DNA of 64,000 bases from NCBI GenBank assembly GCA_016191105.1, contig JACPPH010000006.1, forward strand, positions 32,670-96,669, in the 5' to 3' direction. The notes under the pieces are model-generated. The model made no database searches. It was not told where the DNA came from and saw nothing but the letters and a program-made list of their open reading frames with translations. Position 1 is the first letter of the stretch. Each line of letters opens with the position of its first letter. Both the position numbers and the translations under genes were made by a program. This document shows, piece by piece, positions 56,775 to 64,000 of the stretch. Source of the stretch: Candidatus Saccharimonadota bacterium. GTDB lineage: Bacteria > Patescibacteriota > Saccharimonadia > CAILAD01 > BJGX01.

Positions 56775-59700
56775 GTGGAGCCGACAGCACAAACAAATAA
56801 TCAAACACTCGATTCAACATTTTCATCTCAAGTGAATCCCGAAGGTTTGCTGCCTTCGGATGTTGCTAGTGCCAACAATCAAGTTCAGGCATTACATCAG
56901 CGCAATCGCTACTTTCAGCTATTGTGGGCGGTTTTAATTGCCATTGCTCTACTTTTAGTTGGTTTGGCGGTTTGGCTTTTTTTGCGCAATAATACCAAGG
57001 TAATTAGTACTACCGGTGTTGCCGAACAGTACAGCCCGACCAGAGTTAATTTGACTAATACCGGCAATCCGACCGCGGTTAATTTGGGGCAGGTAAACAT
57101 TAATGGTGACCTCCAGGTTTTAGGTGATATTGCAGTCGGTGGCAGTATAAACGGCAACGGCAGCGGCATTACCAACATAAACCCAAACAATATTTCTGGA
57201 GTTATACCCGTTGGTCAGCTCGACCCAAATGTGGCGCTTCTCAACCGGAACTTTCAAACCTTTGTGGGCACCAATCAATTCTTTCGTAATAGTAGTAACT
57301 CAGTAGCGGCTTTTGAGATTCAAAATGCCTCCTCAGCACCGATTTTTAGCGTTGACACTAGCCAGGGTGCAGTGGCGATTAATTCGACGGTAACCTCACA
57401 GAATGGACTACAATTTGAAACTAACGGCAATGGCCGCTTTGCGGGCACACTCCAGGTGGGCGCCCAGTCAAATCCCAGTGTTTCGATTTTGAATACCGGC
57501 ACCCTGTTTAGCAACGACATTCAGCGCGTATTGACGGTCCAAGACATTACTCAGCCAAGCACAAATGTGCCTGGCCGAATTTACGTTGGAACCAGTGCCG
57601 AGCTATTGGCCGATCCACAAATTGATCCGGTTGCTATCACCTACTATCCGCTTCCTCCTGGTTTTCCGACCAACGTCCCGCTAACTGTTTCTGGTAATAA
57701 AAATATCTTTGCTGGCGGCTATTCGGCCGTACAAACAGCCAGCACTAACAGTAAGGACTATTTTATTGTTGGTGGCAACCTTAGTGGTGCCACACATGCT
57801 GGGTCGGGCAACGTTTTGGTAGATATTGGTCAGTTTAGTACGGTGAGTAATGTAGGTGCTGGATCAATTACGGCGGCGCTGGCAAATGTGGTGGCGCCAA
57901 CTATGACCCAGGGCGGCATTACCAACTACACCGGCTATACCGCACTTGACCCCCAGAGTTCAGCCCTAACTGGCTATGGTTTGCAGCCTTTGATAACTGG
58001 CGGGAGTTTGTTTACCCAAACTGGCATAGATATACAGTGGCAACACTCGGCTACTGGCGCAATTGGTACGTTTGCCAACTTAAATCTATATTCAGAAGGC
58101 CAGTCTTCAAATAACCTTATGGAGGGCTCGCTCATAATAGGTCAGTGCAACACATATAGTGCGGTTAACCTGTATGAGCTACTTAATATTGCTAATCCTA
58201 CCAACCGAACCAATTGTTTAAGCTCTACAGCAAATCAAGTTAGGTTGACCGTTGCAGGGACTGCTAGTCAGACCAGCGACCTAAGCCGATGGACAAATAG
58301 TAGTGGCACGGTGCTGGATAGCATTAGTTCGAGCGGCAAGTTGAATGTTCAAGGTTCGGGTTCGGAATTTGCGCTCAACGTAGGCAATACTAGCCTCAAC
58401 GGTGGCTTAATGATAAAAGGCACATTTGGCTCTGGCGACACCCTAACTACTACTGGCATCGGCACTAGAGCTTTTGTGTATCCAAAAAAAGCAGCCTTTC
58501 GGGCGGGTATTATTACAGGCAGTGGTCCGTATGCTGGTGCCGAATGGAACGATGCCAATATTGGCGACCGGACGGTTGTGTTTGGCAAAGACAGCGCCGC
58601 AGTTGGCAGCGATAACTTTGTGGCTGGCAATAACCTCAACGTTACTGGTTCTGCAAATGCAGTTTTTGGTGATGCGACTGGTTTTGGTGCTTCAATTGCC
58701 GGAATTGGAAATTTTAGTGTTGGCCCAAATACGATTAGTGCTACGACCGGCGTTGGCAATGCCGTGTTTAATGTGTTTAGTGGTGTTAGCTCTGTAATAA
58801 ACACGATTGGTACCGGCGGCAATGTAGTATTTGGTAACGGCAACTCAATCAGCACCGGCAGCTCTAACAGGTTATTTGGCAATAGCATTACTGCCACGGG
58901 TAGCAATGCCTATATAATTAACCTAAGCTCTACGGCAGTAAGTTCTTCGGCAAGCAATGTATTTTCGGTAATGAATGGCAAGGTAGGCATAGGCAGCACA
59001 AACCCCACTGCTCGCCTAGATGTTAGTGGTAGCTCGGGTACTGAAATAACGGCCATCTTCGACAACGGAACTTCTACTGGCGATATTATGCGCGCAAGAG
59101 ACGGCGGCACCCAAGTGTTCGCACTGGCAAATGAAGGTGCGGCCACATTCCAAAACAAAACTAACTCTACAGCGGCATTCCAGATTCAAAATGCTGCGGG
59201 AACTTCTAACTTGCTAATTGCTGATACCACCAATACCCGAATTGGCATTGGTGCTAGTGGACCAACCAACACTCTAACTGTTACCAACACAGGCACCACT
59301 AGTGTGGCCAAGTTTAATGGCTCAAGCAGCACCCAATGCACGGTGGTTACTGGCACCGGTTGGAGCTGTAGCTCCGACGAACGGTTAAAAACCAATATAC
59401 TATCGATTGATGATGGTTTGGATAAGATTATGCAACTGCGCGGCGTAACGTTTAATTGGGTGAGCGATCCGAACGGAGAACAGCAAGATGGATTTATAGC
59501 CCAGGAGGTTCAAAAAGTTTTGCCAGAGCTGGTAAGCACTGATACAAATGGTTACCAGAGCCTTAATAAAGACGGTATTTTAGCTTATCTTGTTAAAGCC
59601 GTTCAGCAACAACAGAGTCAAATTGACCAGCTAAAAAATATTGCTTCTAGCAGCGCTACGTCGATAGACGTAATTAAGATCCTTGCCGATGCCCAGGCCG

Positions 59701-59981
59701 TAACCCTAAGTGGCGACCTAACTGTAAATGGCCAAGTCGTGGTAGCTGGCAACTTGCAGCTCAAAGGCGACAACACGGGCGTAATTAGGGTACCGGCTGG
59801 CCAAACCCGTGTGCGCATGAGCTTTAATAGGCCATTCCAGGTGGCACCAAATGTTACGCTGACAGCCAAAGCCTTAACAAAAGTGAGCTACGCTGTTGAT
59901 AACGAATCAACTACCGGGTTCGATGTAATCTTGGAGTCGCCACAAGATCAGGATACGGTTTTGAATTACCACGCTCTCTAG
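56775..59981 (+). CDS. Membrane-anchored tail-fibre-like protein with Peptidase S74 chaperone domain
   Basis: N-terminal TM, G/S/T/N-rich beta repeats, KVGIGSTNPTARLDV, SSDERLKTNI..GFIAQEV..PELV..LVKAVQ. Confidence 0.88.
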   Translation: MEPTAQTNNQTLDSTFSSQVNPEGLLPSDVASANNQVQALHQRNRYFQLLWAVLIAIALLLVGLAVWLFLRNNTKVISTTGVAEQYSPTRVNLTNTGNPTAVNLGQVNINGDLQVLGDIAVGGSINGNGSGITNINPNNISGVIPVGQLDPNVALLNRNFQTFVGTNQFFRNSSNSVAAFEIQNASSAPIFSVDTSQGAVAINSTVTSQNGLQFETNGNGRFAGTLQVGAQSNPSVSILNTGTLFSNDIQRVLTVQDITQPSTNVPGRIYVGTSAELLADPQIDPVAITYYPLPPGFPTNVPLTVSGNKNIFAGGYSAVQTASTNSKDYFIVGGNLSGATHAGSGNVLVDIGQFSTVSNVGAGSITAALANVVAPTMTQGGITNYTGYTALDPQSSALTGYGLQPLITGGSLFTQTGIDIQWQHSATGAIGTFANLNLYSEGQSSNNLMEGSLIIGQCNTYSAVNLYELLNIANPTNRTNCLSSTANQVRLTVAGTASQTSDLSRWTNSSGTVLDSISSSGKLNVQGSGSEFALNVGNTSLNGGLMIKGTFGSGDTLTTTGIGTRAFVYPKKAAFRAGIITGSGPYAGAEWNDANIGDRTVVFGKDSAAVGSDNFVAGNNLNVTGSANAVFGDATGFGASIAGIGNFSVGPNTISATTGVGNAVFNVFSGVSSVINTIGTGGNVVFGNGNSISTGSSNRLFGNSITATGSNAYIINLSSTAVSSSASNVFSVMNGKVGIGSTNPTARLDVSGSSGTEITAIFDNGTSTGDIMRARDGGTQVFALANEGAATFQNKTNSTAAFQIQNAAGTSNLLIADTTNTRIGIGASGPTNTLTVTNTGTTSVAKFNGSSSTQCTVVTGTGWSCSSDERLKTNILSIDDGLDKIMQLRGVTFNWVSDPNGEQQDGFIAQEVQKVLPELVSTDTNGYQSLNKDGILAYLVKAVQQQQSQIDQLKNIASSSATSIDVIKILADAQAVTLSGDLTVNGQVVVAGNLQLKGDNTGVIRVPAGQTRVRMSFNRPFQVAPNVTLTAKALTKVSYAVDNESTTGFDVILESPQDQDTVLNYHAL

Positions 59982-60023
59982 TCTAAATTAACTTGCAACT
60001 AACCTGGTATTCACCTATAATGA

Positions 60024-62165
<2,142 letters not shown>

Positions 62166-62166
62166 T

Positions 62167-62290
62167 TATGGCTTATTTCTTTGGAGCATTTCATTGGCAA
62201 AACCTACGCGATTCATTCGCCGTGCCTTTAAGTCCGTCTCATTGCATTGCTCGGTCTTTCCGCGAACTGCTTACAAATAAATCAGCCATA
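62167..62290. repeat. Palindromic element C (124 bp) between gyrB and gyrA
   Basis: TATGGCT..TATTT / AAATA..AGCCATA termini; size similar to elements A and B. Confidence 0.55.
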
Positions 62291-62303
62291 GAAAGAGTAG
62301 AAT

Positions 62304-64000
62304 ATGGAAGATAAAGAAAACATACCTGGGCCAATCGAAGAGAATCCGGAAAATAAATTTGGAGCAAATATTGCCGACGGCTTGAGTGATCCGGTTAAGA
62401 CTGAATTCGGGCTAATTTCAGACAAAACAGTTGAGTCCGAGATGGAACAGAGCTATTTAGATTACGCTATGAGTGTAATTGTCGCTCGAGCTTTGCCCGA
62501 TGTGCGCGACGGCTTAAAGCCGGTGCACCGCCGCATACTATATGCCATGAACAACATTGGCCTGCGGCACAATGTAAAGTACCGTAAGTCGGCTACGATT
62601 GTTGGTGAGGTGATTGGTAAGTTTCACCCGCACGGCGATGCGGCAATTTATGAATCAATGGTTCGAATGGCACAACCCTGGGCGATGCGCTACACACTAG
62701 TAGACGGCCAAGGTAACTTTGGTAGTATGGACGGCGATGGGGCAGCCGCCCACCGCTATACCGAAGCCAGGATGACCCGGCTTGCCGAAGAGCTATTAGC
62801 CGATATCGACAAAGATACCGTTGACTTTATGCCTAACTTCGACGGCAGCCAGAAAGAGCCCAAGGTGCTGCCAGCCAAGCTACCAAACCTGCTTATCAAC
62901 GGCGTGCAGGGTATTGCTGTTGGTATGGCCACAAACATACCGACCCATAACCTCTCAGAGGTCATTGATGGCGTAATTTGTTTAATTGATACTCCAAATG
63001 CCGGACCAGTTGAACTGGCCAAAATTGTAAAAGGCCCCGACTTCCCGACTGGTGGTGTAATTTTCGATGATGGCTCAATCGCTCACGCTTACGGAACTGG
63101 TCGTGGTAGCATTACCATGCGGGCGGTGGCCGAGATAGAAGAAGATAGCAAAGGTCGCGAAAAGATAATCATTAGTGAAGTGCCTTACCAGGTGAATCCA
63201 TCGGTTTTGATTGCCAAGATTGCCGAACTGCACCAAGCCAAAAAAATAGTCGGCATTTCAGATCTACGCGATGAGTCAGCCAAAGAAGAAGTTCGAATTG
63301 TTATTGAACTCAAAAAAGATGCCTATGCCAACAAAATACTCAATCAGCTCTATAAGCTCACGCCTATGCAAACGGCCTTCCATGTAAATATGCTTGCCCT
63401 AGTCGACGGCATACAGCCACGCGTTCTTAACTTAGAAACAGTCCTGCGCGAATATCTCAAACACCGCCAGATTGTAGTACGCAGGCGCACCGAGTTTGAG
63501 CTCAAAAAAGCCGAAGACCAGGCTCATATACTCGAGGGCTTAAAAATTGCTCTGGATCAAATTGACGCTGTTATTTCAACCATTCGCAAGTCGCAAACCC
63601 AAGAAGAAGCCAGAGCGAATTTAGTAGAGCGGTTTAAACTATCAGAAATCCAAGCCAACGCCATCTTGGCCATGCAGCTGCGCCGTTTGGCTGCGCTCGA
63701 ACGCCAAAAAATCGAAGACGAACTTAAAGAGCTAAAGAATTTTATCAAAGAGCTGAAGGAAATCTTATCGTCCGAAGCAAACATCTTAAAGATCATTCGC
63801 GAGGAACTAGTTGAAATAAAAGAACGCTATGGCGACAGGCGTCGCACCAAGATAGTTAAAAAAGCCATTGGCAACTTCTCTGAAGAAGACTTAATCCCCG
63901 ACGAAGATGTGATTATCACGCTCACCAAAGGTAATTATATTAAACGCATACCGGCCAATACTTATATACAGCAAAACCGAGGCGGTAAAGGCAAAATTGG
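62304..64000 (+). CDS. gyrA: DNA gyrase subunit A, 3'-partial
   Basis: [40 protein letters not shown] GyrA-box at the window end. Confidence 0.97.
   Translation, partial: MEDKENIPGPIEENPENKFGANIADGLSDPVKTEFGLISDKTVESEMEQSYLDYAMSVIVARALPDVRDGLKPVHRRILYAMNNIGLRHNVKYRKSATIVGEVIGKFHPHGDAAIYESMVRMAQPWAMRYTLVDGQGNFGSMDGDGAAAHRYTEARMTRLAEELLADIDKDTVDFMPNFDGSQKEPKVLPAKLPNLLINGVQGIAVGMATNIPTHNLSEVIDGVICLIDTPNAGPVELAKIVKGPDFPTGGVIFDDGSIAHAYGTGRGSITMRAVAEIEEDSKGREKIIISEVPYQVNPSVLIAKIAELHQAKKIVGISDLRDESAKEEVRIVIELKKDAYANKILNQLYKLTPMQTAFHVNMLALVDGIQPRVLNLETVLREYLKHRQIVVRRRTEFELKKAEDQAHILEGLKIALDQIDAVISTIRKSQTQEEARANLVERFKLSEIQANAILAMQLRRLAALERQKIEDELKELKNFIKELKEILSSEANILKIIREELVEIKERYGDRRRTKIVKKAIGNFSEEDLIPDEDVIITLTKGNYIKRIPANTYIQQNRGGKGKI

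Overview
This is a gene-dense bacterial chromosome segment. Its gene content (VirD4/TraG-like ATPase, divergent F1-like cluster, His-less ArgS signature, DUF4012-like and DUF4446-like proteins) suggests Patescibacteria/CPR, which is an inference. Housekeeping genes include infC-rpmI-rplT, smpB, tmRNA, argS, trpS, pheST and gyrBA. Four things stand out. (1) At 50852-59981 an F1-like alpha/gamma/beta/epsilon cluster has no a, b or delta gene next to it. It is preceded by a secreted protein ending in a c-subunit-like hairpin (IGRNP loop, no ion-binding carboxylate) and flanked by a VirD4-like ATPase, an LPxTG surface protein and a membrane-anchored Peptidase-S74 fibre, so it is a candidate non-ion-pumping rotary surface machine. 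(2) An 8.2-kb tandem island at the tmRNA 3' end (13689-21893) is built from serine-recombinase elements whose att site splits the recombinase C-terminus. It carries an internal inverted copy of its own reconstituted attP junction, seen as two abutting 132- and 134-bp inverted repeat pairs. (3) An ORF-free, multi-hairpin, roughly 510-nt ncRNA candidate at 38325-38856 has its own promoter and terminator. (4) There are GC-rich purE-purC, aroG and MOSC genes, plus ERIC-sized palindromic intergenic elements. All calls come from reading the sequence by eye; no database searches were run.
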